Shown here piece by piece: positions 8,483-15,109 of a stretch of 24,273 nt of DNA. Made by a program: the position numbers and the translations under genes. The notes beneath the pieces were generated by a model. That model did no database searches, was not told where the DNA came from, and worked only from the letters and a program-made list of their open reading frames with translations. Origin of the DNA: Armatimonadota bacterium (lineage in GTDB: Bacteria > Armatimonadota > Hebobacteria > CAIYQO01); contig JBBRXO010000034.1 of assembly GCA_038248345.1 (NCBI GenBank), positions 1 through 24,273 of the forward strand, given 5' to 3'. Numbering within the stretch: position 1 is the stretch's first letter; each line of letters opens with the position of its first letter.

Positions 8483-9507
8483 AGTGTTACTTCCACCAGC
8501 CAGTTATGCGGATCGGGCAACTCGCCGTATTGTATCCCCTGCAGCATTCCATAGAGCTTCGTTAATGTACCGTCAGGGGCGGCAGAATCCGGGAATCGGT
8601 AGCTGACCTCGCCATTGTATACTGCACTGATGGGAGTTATCACTGCCGCGGTACCGCATGCACCCACCTCGGTGAACTGCCCCAGCTCTGTCAACGCAAT
8701 CGGAGCTTTAACTACTTTCAGCCCCATATCGCGCGCTAATTGCTGCAAAGAGTCATTGGTGATGCTCTCCAAAATCGACGAAGAAGAGGGCGTCTTATAC
8801 ACTTTATCTTCGGTGATGCCGATGAAGTTAGAGGTGCCGAATTCATCGACATATTTATGCTCCGCCGGGTCAGTGAAGAGCACGATGGGATAGCCCATCG
8901 CTTTTGCCATATAGTTCGGCTTCAGGCTAGCCGCGTAGTTGCCGCCGATTTTCGCCTTGCCGGTGCCGCACGGGGCGGCGCGGTCATACTCGTCGATCAC
9001 TACCGCTTCCACGGGGGAGAAGCCATCTTTGTAATATGGCCCCACCGGGGTGCAGAGGACGATAAAACTGTAGCTATCCGAGGCCTTGATGCCCACAGTC
9101 GCCTCGGTGCCGAGGAGCAAGGGGCGCAGATACAGGCTGGCACCCGTGCCATAGGGGGGCACAAATTCGCTATTAGCGCGCACCACCATCTGGCAGGCAT
9201 CGAGAAAAAGTTCTTCGGGGATGGCTTCCATGCAGATGCGGGCGGCGGATTGATTCATGCGTGCCGCATTCATGTCGGGGCGGAAGAGGACGATTTTGCC
9301 GTCGCGGGTATTGAACGCTTTCATGCCTTCAAACGCAGATTGCCCATAATGCAGGCAGCTGGCCGCCACGTGGATGCTTAGCATGACGTCGGTCTTTATT
9401 TCCGGTGTGCCCCACTGGCCGTCGGCATAGTCAACCTGCACAAACCCATTGGTCTGTACGTATCCGAAGGGTAGATTTTTCCAATCCAATTGTACTTCAC
9501 TCATCAT
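8479..9507 (-). CDS. ilvE: Branched-chain amino acid aminotransferase (PLP class IV)
   Basis: [31 protein letters not shown] (PLP Lys), EFGTSN, ILESIT, CGTAAVI. Start placed at ATG9507 (9504 or 9513 also possible). Confidence 0.95.
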   Translation of the reverse strand: MMSEVQLDWKNLPFGYVQTNGFVQVDYADGQWGTPEIKTDVMLSIHVAASCLHYGQSAFEGMKAFNTRDGKIVLFRPDMNAARMNQSAARICMEAIPEELFLDACQMVVRANSEFVPPYGTGASLYLRPLLLGTEATVGIKASDSYSFIVLCTPVGPYYKDGFSPVEAVVIDEYDRAAPCGTGKAKIGGNYAASLKPNYMAKAMGYPIVLFTDPAEHKYVDEFGTSNFIGITEDKVYKTPSSSSILESITNDSLQQLARDMGLKVVKAPIALTELGQFTEVGACGTAAVITPISAVYNGEVSYRFPDSAAPDGTLTKLYGMLQGIQYGELPDPHNWLVEVTL

Positions 9508-9520
9508 AACCATCCTGACT

Positions 9521-10051
9521 TCATGTCCCCGGGTCACTCTTCTTCAATCCGGGGATATATTGTACTATCATCTGACCCCCGGCTACATTCACTTCGCGCA
9601 CAAAGGCTTTTACTGCCGGAATCAGCGCCAGCTCCGTCTCGTAGACATCGTTAGCGGGCGTCTCCCAGATGGCAGTTATCGGCCCCAGTGCTTCACCATC
9701 AGTTGTTACTACTTCCAGCCCGATAAGCTGGGAGTGTAGATATTCGTCTTCACCCGGCGCAATCGCCTGGTCTGCGGGTAATACTAACTCTACATCGCGC
9801 AAAAGCTCGGCTTCAGCGCAGTTGCTCACGCCTTCCAAGGCGATATTCAGCCGCTTGCCCGATACCCGCGCGCGTAGAACCTTCTTTAATTGTACTACAC
9901 CAGCGCGTCGAAGGCCAATAGTCTTATGCTTGGCCAGTTGCTCGGCTGTGCCGTTGAGTATATGGACACGTACTTCGCCTTGCAATCCATGTGGTGCAGT
10001 GATGACACCGACCAGGTAATTCCACTCGGAGCTACTCGCGGGTGTGGGCAT
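9521..10051 (-). CDS. rimM: 16S rRNA processing protein RimM
   Basis: VGVITAPHGLQGEVRV, EDEYLHSQLIGLEV, TPANDVY, LIPAVKAFV. Synteny with rpsP/trmD. Confidence 0.95.
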   Translation of the reverse strand: MPTPASSSEWNYLVGVITAPHGLQGEVRVHILNGTAEQLAKHKTIGLRRAGVVQLKKVLRARVSGKRLNIALEGVSNCAEAELLRDVELVLPADQAIAPGEDEYLHSQLIGLEVVTTDGEALGPITAIWETPANDVYETELALIPAVKAFVREVNVAGGQMIVQYIPGLKKSDPGT

Positions 10052-10502
10052 TTTTCACCATCGGCAGTATTATTTCGCCGGGATTCATCGTCAACTGGCG
10101 GATCTCGATCACTTTGGAGTCCTTCACCAGCACCTGGATGCCGGCGAGTTTCTCGAAGAGGTTGTCGCCCACCTTGATCTCCACCTGGCCCTCGATGCCG
10201 CCGCGCTGATATTCCACGCCGATCTCCAGCGCTTCCACCTCTTTGCGGCGTTCTACCAGCTCGGTTTTTACCGCTTCCATTTTGCGTTTCTCGGCTTCAA
10301 TCTGCTGCCGCATTACCATAGCACGGTTAAGATCGGCGCGCTGCTGCTCCGCCAACGCCTGGCGGGCGCGGAAATCGAATTGTTCAATCTGCCGTTGCAA
10401 TTCCTCTGCTGTGGTGTCAATTTCCAGCAGCAGGCTCGTTTTCAGTTCTTCAGTAACGATAAAAACCAGCGCCACATCATGACGCAGTGTTAAACTATCC
10501 AT
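10032..10502 (-). CDS. ylqD: YlqD-family protein
   Basis: Coiled-coil protein with C-terminal EIKVGDNL...VKDSKVIEIR, located between khpA and rimM as in Bacillus. Start reassigned to ATG10502 (MDSLTLR) because the longer ORF overlaps khpA. Confidence 0.8.
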   Translation of the reverse strand: MDSLTLRHDVALVFIVTEELKTSLLLEIDTTAEELQRQIEQFDFRARQALAEQQRADLNRAMVMRQQIEAEKRKMEAVKTELVERRKEVEALEIGVEYQRGGIEGQVEIKVGDNLFEKLAGIQVLVKDSKVIEIRQLTMNPGEIILPMVKNAHTRE

Positions 10503-10527
10503 AATATCCCCTTCAGAGAGACCCGAT

Positions 10528-10767
10528 TCAGTTAGTAGCGCGGTTAATATCAACCCAAATAGCTTTGTCGTGCAGTCCGCCAGCGGCACGCATCACGACG
10601 CGTAGCGCATTAGCCAGCCGCCCACCCTTGCCGATGATTTTCCCCATGTCCTCGGGGTGTACAATCACGGTGTAGGCGATATTTTTCTGCCCGATCATCT
10701 CGCGAATACTAATTTCATCCGGATGATCTACCAGTGAAGACACCAGGTATAATAACAGCTCTTTCAC
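10528..10767 (-). CDS. khpA: KH-domain RNA-binding protein (KhpA/YlqC)
   Basis: MKELL.YLV..LVDHPD, DMGKIIGKGGR (GxxG loop). Downstream of rpsP. Confidence 0.93.
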   Translation of the reverse strand: MKELLLYLVSSLVDHPDEISIREMIGQKNIAYTVIVHPEDMGKIIGKGGRLANALRVVMRAAGGLHDKAIWVDINRATN

Positions 10768-10819
10768 GGTTGCATCCTTTCTTGTTTAGTCTACTGTGGA
10801 CTATGCCCACAACCTAATT

Positions 10820-10842
10820 GTAGGGGCACAAGGCTTGTGCCC
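10820..10842 (+). repeat. GTAG-type REP palindrome
   Basis: GTAG-GGGCACAA-GGC-TTGTGCCC. A sister copy lies at 11609-11631 on the - strand. Confidence 0.75.
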
Positions 10843-10898
10843 ACGTCGTACCATACCTTCAATTTGTCATGAATACCATACCCGGGCGAACCCTGTAG

Positions 10899-10989
10899 AT
10901 TACCCATAAATATTTCACCACGGAGTGGTGGCGGAATATAGCCAACTTGATATAGCGCTTATGGATAATATACAGGGCGCAACCCGGGG
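10899..10989 (+). repeat. Second copy of the two-hairpin repeat module, interrupted by a 29-nt insert
   Basis: 30/32 identity to 6965-6996. The second hairpin (TAGCC|CAGGGCGCAACCCGGGG) is split by 10944-10972. Confidence 0.65.
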
Positions 10990-10996
10990 TAGGCAA

Positions 10997-11437
10997 TTAT
11001 TTAACTTCTTCTTCCACCACCGGAGCAACTTCTTCCGCTACTGGAGTAGCGTCTTCAACGACCACTTCTTCAGCTACTACAGGAGCCTCTTCAACCACCG
11101 CTTCTTCAGCAACTACTTCTTCGGCGGCAACTTCTTCGATGATGACTGGTGCGACAGCAATTTCGACCGGAGCGGCTTCTTCCACTACAGCGACTGGGCC
11201 AGCGGCCAGTTGTTTCAGCAGGCGGACGATAACGTCGGTGGGCTGTGCGCCCTTGCCCATCCAGTACTGCAGGCGGTCATCGTTGATAACCACAGTGGAG
11301 GGGTTAGTAAGCGGGTTATAATGCCCGATGTTCTCGATGATACGGCCGTCGCGCGGGGCACGGCTGTCGGCTACCACAATGCGGTAAGCGGGTTGTTTCT
11401 TGGCGCCTACACGGCGCAGTCTGATCTTTACTGACAA
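10997..11437 (-). CDS. rpsP: 30S ribosomal protein S16 with an acidic Ala/Val/Glu-rich C-terminal tail
   Basis: [47 protein letters not shown] start with RBS AAGGAG. Confidence 0.97.
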   Translation of the reverse strand: MSVKIRLRRVGAKKQPAYRIVVADSRAPRDGRIIENIGHYNPLTNPSTVVINDDRLQYWMGKGAQPTDVIVRLLKQLAAGPVAVVEEAAPVEIAVAPVIIEEVAAEEVVAEEAVVEEAPVVAEEVVVEDATPVAEEVAPVVEEEVK

Positions 11438-11608
11438 GTTATTGTCTCCTTTTGGTTATTCTGCGGGGGTTCTCCCCGGACCGGGAAGGCGTCTTATGAT
11501 GCCGGGCCGGTCGCTCTGCGATAAATACTTATTAAAACGATTAGGACTTTCGCTGTTAGGCAGATCCACGGCTAACGAAAACCCCTCAAGCTAAATCACT
11601 AACGATTA

Positions 11609-11631
11609 GGGCGCAAGCCTTGCGCCCCTAC
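11609..11631 (-). repeat. GTAG-type REP palindrome
   Basis: Reads GTAG-GGGCGCAA-GGC-TTGCGCCC on the - strand, just after the ffh stop. Confidence 0.75.
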
Positions 11632-11646
11632 CTATTTCAAATAATT

Positions 11647-12996
11647 TTACAATCCGAATGGTAATTTGAATTTGCCGCCGGGTTTCAATTTCCCCGCTTT
11701 TTCCATGCCGGCAAATTTCCCCATCATCTCGCGCATCTGCTCGAACTGCTTCAGCAGCATATTCACCTCGGTCACCGTGGTGCCGCTCCCTTGCGAGATG
11801 CGCCGCCGGCGGCTGCCGCGGATTATCTCCGGGCGACGCCGTTCATCGGGCGTCATCGAGGAGAGAATGGCGCGCATATGTGCCATCTTCTTCGGGTCGA
11901 TCTCTATCGGCCCCTGCTTTTTCAGTTGCCCCATGCCCGGAAGCATATCCAACAACTGATCCAGTGGCCCCATCTGCGCCATCTGATCCATCGACTGCGC
12001 AAAATCTTCCAGGTTAAAGCTGCCTTTACGCAGCTTCTGCTCCATCTTCTCGGCCTGCGCCGCGTCAATCGACGCCTCGGCACGCTCGATCAGCGTGAGC
12101 ACATCGCCCATGCCCAGGATGCGCGAGGCCAGCCGATCAGGATGGAAGACCTCCAGCGCCACATATTTCTCGCCCGTGCCGAAGAAGCGTATCGGCTTGC
12201 CGGTCACCTCGCGCACGGAGAGCGCCGCGCCACCGCGCGTATCGCCGTCCATCTTGCTCAGGATAATGCCGGTCACATCCAGCCGGGCATTAAACTGCTC
12301 CGCTACATTCACCGCATCCTGCCCGGTCATGGCGTCCAGTACCAGCAGGACCTCCTGCGGCGCTATCACGTCCCGCACCGCCACTACTTCGTCCATCAAC
12401 TCTTCGTTGACGTGCAAGCGTCCCGCGGTGTCCACGATAACGTGGGTGAAACCATTCTCCCGCGCGTGCTGCATGGCCGCGCGCGCGATATCTTTCGGCG
12501 CCAGTTTGTCTCCCAGCTGGAAGACGGGCGTCTGCACTGCTGCCCCCACCACCTGCAACTGGCTGATCGCTGCCGGACGCTGTACGTCGGTGGCTACCAG
12601 CAATGGGCGCGCCCCCTGCTTGCGCAGGTGCGCGGCCAGCTTGCCGCAAGTAGTAGTTTTACCACCGCCCTGCAAACCCACGATCATGTAGGCGCTGGGC
12701 GATTTGACTGCTGTCGCCAGCGGCCCGCCGTTATCTCCGAGCAGGGCGATCAACTCTTCGTGAACGATCTTTACCACATGCTGCGCGGCATTTAGCCCCG
12801 CAAGCACGTCAGTGCCCACTGCCCGCTCTTTAATTCGCGCTACGAATGCCTTGACCACGCGGAAGTTTACGTCCGCTTCCAGCAACGCCAGCCGTATCTG
12901 CCGTGATGCTTCGGTAACGTCCGCCTCGGTCAGGCGTCCTTTTTTGGTCAACTGCGCGAAAAGACCCTGTAATTTATCTGACAAACTCTCAAACAT
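11647..12996 (-). CDS. ffh: Signal recognition particle protein Ffh
   Basis: MFESLSDKL, ALLEADVN, GLQGGGKTTT, DTAGR, DAMTGQDA, SKMDGDTRGGAALS, RILGMGD, and M-domain SMTPDER...SRRRRISQGSG. Confidence 0.98.
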   Translation of the reverse strand: MFESLSDKLQGLFAQLTKKGRLTEADVTEASRQIRLALLEADVNFRVVKAFVARIKERAVGTDVLAGLNAAQHVVKIVHEELIALLGDNGGPLATAVKSPSAYMIVGLQGGGKTTTCGKLAAHLRKQGARPLLVATDVQRPAAISQLQVVGAAVQTPVFQLGDKLAPKDIARAAMQHARENGFTHVIVDTAGRLHVNEELMDEVVAVRDVIAPQEVLLVLDAMTGQDAVNVAEQFNARLDVTGIILSKMDGDTRGGAALSVREVTGKPIRFFGTGEKYVALEVFHPDRLASRILGMGDVLTLIERAEASIDAAQAEKMEQKLRKGSFNLEDFAQSMDQMAQMGPLDQLLDMLPGMGQLKKQGPIEIDPKKMAHMRAILSSMTPDERRRPEIIRGSRRRRISQGSGTTVTEVNMLLKQFEQMREMMGKFAGMEKAGKLKPGGKFKLPFGL

Positions 12997-13104
12997 AGCA
13001 ACCTTGAGTATACCTTGTTTTAGGTCTTTAGGTCTATAGGTTGGGTCTGGACTTAAATCCGTATCACCCGATGAATGATAACTTGAAACTAGGAACTAGG
13101 AACT

Positions 13105-13146
13105 AAAAACCTCCTGGGGATGGCGTGAGCCGCCCCCAGGAGGTTT
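13105..13146 (-). terminator. Intrinsic terminator after rplL
   Basis: On the - strand: AAACCTCCTGGGG...CCCCAGGAGGTTTTT, a few nt after the rplL stop. Confidence 0.85.
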
Positions 13147-13152
13147 GGTCTA

Positions 13153-13533
13153 CTATTTGATCTCGGCGGTGCCCCCACCTTCGGTGAGTTTGGTCTTGAT
13201 TTCTTCGGCGTCTTCCTTGGTCGTGCCTTCTTTGACTGGTTTCGGGGCGCTCTCTACCAGGTCTTTGGCTTCTTTCAGGCCCAGAGCGGTGATTTCGCGA
13301 ACGACCTTGATGACGTTGATTTTCTTGGCGGAGTCGAAGCCGGTGAGGATTACGTCGAAGGTGGTCTTTACTTCAACTTCTTCCACTGGAGCGGCGGCAG
13401 CGGCAGCAGCCGGAGCGGCGGCGGCCATCGGGGTTACGCCCCATTTGTCCTGCATCGTCTTGTAGAGGTCCACGATGTCGAGAAGGGACATCGCTTCGAT
13501 GCCTTCGATGATTTCGTCTTTAGTTAAAGCCAT
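13153..13533 (-). CDS. rplL: 50S ribosomal protein L7/L12
   Basis: Ala-rich hinge, [28 protein letters not shown]. Confidence 0.98.
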   Translation of the reverse strand: MALTKDEIIEGIEAMSLLDIVDLYKTMQDKWGVTPMAAAAPAAAAAAAPVEEVEVKTTFDVILTGFDSAKKINVIKVVREITALGLKEAKDLVESAPKPVKEGTTKEDAEEIKTKLTEGGGTAEIK

Positions 13534-13599
13534 TGGTTTATTCTCCTTTAAAAGATTAGCGGATAATCCCGCCGATTTTAGGTTGCCGCAGCACTCCAG

Positions 13600-14133
13600 T
13601 TAGGAGGCGGATTCGGCGGTTTTCGCTTGATAGGCTTCGATGGTCCCTATCAGATTTTGCATAACAGCGCCTAATGTAGATACCAAGCCGCTCATTGGAG
13701 CCTGCAAGGTACCGACCAGGTTGCCCAGGATCACTTCGCGTGAAGGCAGTGTGGCAAGATTGGCTACATCAGCTGCGTCCATCACGCGGGCACCGAGTAA
13801 GCCACCTTTGATCTGCGGCACATCGCGACGCAGTTCTTTGATAAAGGCCGTCAGGACCTTTGTTGCTTCCGCCGGATCGCCATCCACGAGCATGACCGCA
13901 TTCGGTCCCTCGAGCATGTCATCCAACTTAGGCAGTTGTTGCTTTTCCAGCGCGATTTTGAATAATGTGTTTTTTACAACCGAGAATTGTGCTCCGACCG
14001 GACGAAGACGACGTCGCAAGCGCGAAATCTCCTCCACCGTCAAGCCACGATAATCAGCGATAATTGTGCTCTTTGATTTGCCGAGAGCTTCGGCAATACT
14101 ATCGATAGTATTTTGTTTCGCTGGCGTTGGCAT
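13600..14133 (-). CDS. rplJ: 50S ribosomal protein L10
   Basis: DYRGLTV, VVKNTL, IKGG, LATLPSRE. Start reassigned to ATG14133 (MPTPAKQ), with RBS AAGGAGGTGA at 14139-14148. Confidence 0.97.
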   Translation of the reverse strand: MPTPAKQNTIDSIAEALGKSKSTIIADYRGLTVEEISRLRRRLRPVGAQFSVVKNTLFKIALEKQQLPKLDDMLEGPNAVMLVDGDPAEATKVLTAFIKELRRDVPQIKGGLLGARVMDAADVANLATLPSREVILGNLVGTLQAPMSGLVSTLGAVMQNLIGTIEAYQAKTAESAS

Positions 14134-14177
14134 AGGTGTCACCTCCTTTATAGATTTTCTAGCCTCTAAGGCGACGC

Positions 14178-14305
14178 AAAAAAACGCCGCTATCCACCGG
14201 ACAGCGACGTGAAGTGACAATAACAGACGCGCAAACGCCCAATACTATCCAACCTCGGCAGGCGGCCCGAAAGCCTTATGCACGCACCTGCTGTCTCCGG
14301 TGGAT
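14178..14305 (-). promoter_or_regulatory. Ribosomal protein L10 leader with transcription attenuator
   Basis: The core CCGGAGACAGCAGG...CCTGCCGAGG (14300-14253) matches the L10-leader kink-turn consensus. Terminator ACGTCGCTGTCC-GGT-GGATAGCGGCGT-TTTTTT at 14210-14178. The 5' ATCCACCGGAGACAG can pair with CTGTCCGGTGGAT inside the terminator (antiterminator). Confidence 0.88.
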
Positions 14306-14317
14306 GAAACCAGAGCT

Positions 14318-14347
14318 ATGATAGCCGATTCGGGGTTAGCGTGTCAA
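14318..14347 (-). promoter_or_regulatory. Sigma70-type promoter for rplJL
   Basis: TTGACA-N18-TATCAT immediately upstream of the L10 leader. Confidence 0.7.
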
Positions 14348-14362
14348 ATGGGAACGAGTCAT

Positions 14363-15031
14363 TCACCCCGGTGTCAGGTATAATCCGATATTCTGACCCT
14401 TGAAGTTAAGCTGGAACGGTTCAACGGTGAAGCCGCGGCTCTTGGCGTAATCGGCAACGCATTGCAGCCAGTGGATTCCGGCCGCCGGGATGAGTGGCTC
14501 GTCGATGATGCAGCAGGGTAGCAAGATGACTTTAAGGTGATATTTCAAGGCAGCATCAATGATCATGATGTTGCAACCATGTGCATGGAGCGCAACGAGC
14601 AGGTCGTAGTCTCGCGCTAACTCGGGGGCGAACATGCAATCCAACCGGGTGACTACCGCGGACGGATCGATCTGCACCTGTTTGTCGGTGAGCAGATCTT
14701 TATACTTCGTCGGCAATGCCTGATGGATGGGGTCAATCACCGTGGATTGCCAGCCGCTCTGCTGCAGCAGATAGGCCATCAACCCTTTGCCGCCCCCGAT
14801 GTCGGCGACACGGCAGGGGGAGATATGGCCCACGATATATTCATGCAGCAGTTGAAAGCGGAACTTCTTCATCCGCGTCAACTCGCGCTTGCCCCCCGGC
14901 AGGAGCAGTTGCGTCAAATTGTTTGTGGCTTCGCTAACCGGATCAGCGCTCGTTTCGTCTGTCTTAACTTCGATCCCTGCTACGCTGGCCAATAGTTGCG
15001 CGGCCCGCCGCCGGTCATTCCGTTTACTCAT
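14363..15031 (-). CDS. Class I SAM-dependent methyltransferase-like protein
   Basis: Motif I VADIGGGKG, then VIDP, LHAHGC and LLPCC, the pattern of the Methyltransf_32/Trm44-like group. Substrate unknown. Confidence 0.7.
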   Translation of the reverse strand: MSKRNDRRRAAQLLASVAGIEVKTDETSADPVSEATNNLTQLLLPGGKRELTRMKKFRFQLLHEYIVGHISPCRVADIGGGKGLMAYLLQQSGWQSTVIDPIHQALPTKYKDLLTDKQVQIDPSAVVTRLDCMFAPELARDYDLLVALHAHGCNIMIIDAALKYHLKVILLPCCIIDEPLIPAAGIHWLQCVADYAKSRGFTVEPFQLNFKGQNIGLYLTPG

Positions 15032-15068
15032 ACACTGACAGTGTATGCTTACCGCCCCACACTGTAAA
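15029..15068 (-). promoter_or_regulatory. Promoter with a perfect palindrome overlapping the -10 box and the ATG
   Basis: TTTACA(15068-15063)-N17-TACACT(15045-15040)-N8-ATG(15031). Palindrome CATACACTG-A-CAGTGTATG at 15029-15047. No Shine-Dalgarno. Confidence 0.6.
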
Positions 15069-15109
15069 GCATTGGGCGTGTTTACAGCGGGCGCAGGCCG
15101 GCAGCGTTG

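Noticed and set aside
8740..9381. 213-aa + strand ORF, and similar antisense ORFs at 10925..11434, 20514..21038 and 23481..24119
   Set aside because: They lie fully opposite well-supported genes (ilvE, rpsP, pckA, hisA/acpS) and have no independent evidence.
10503..10589. N-terminal extension of the YlqD ORF
   Set aside because: It overlaps khpA; ATG10502 has a purine-rich RBS (GAAGGGGA).
11470..11500. GGACCGGGAAGG resembles the SRP RNA domain IV loop and lies next to ffh
   Set aside because: It lacks the conserved CAGG...GGAA...AGCAG internal-loop residues and the long flanking helix, so it is not called ffs.
11791..12795. 334-aa + strand ORF (and the 198-aa ORF at 12095..12691)
   Set aside because: Antisense shadow of ffh, expected from GC-rich codon usage; no recognisable motifs.
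14134..14220. 29-aa N-terminal extension of L10 in the ORF track
   Set aside because: It overlaps the leader terminator, and a strong SD precedes ATG14133.
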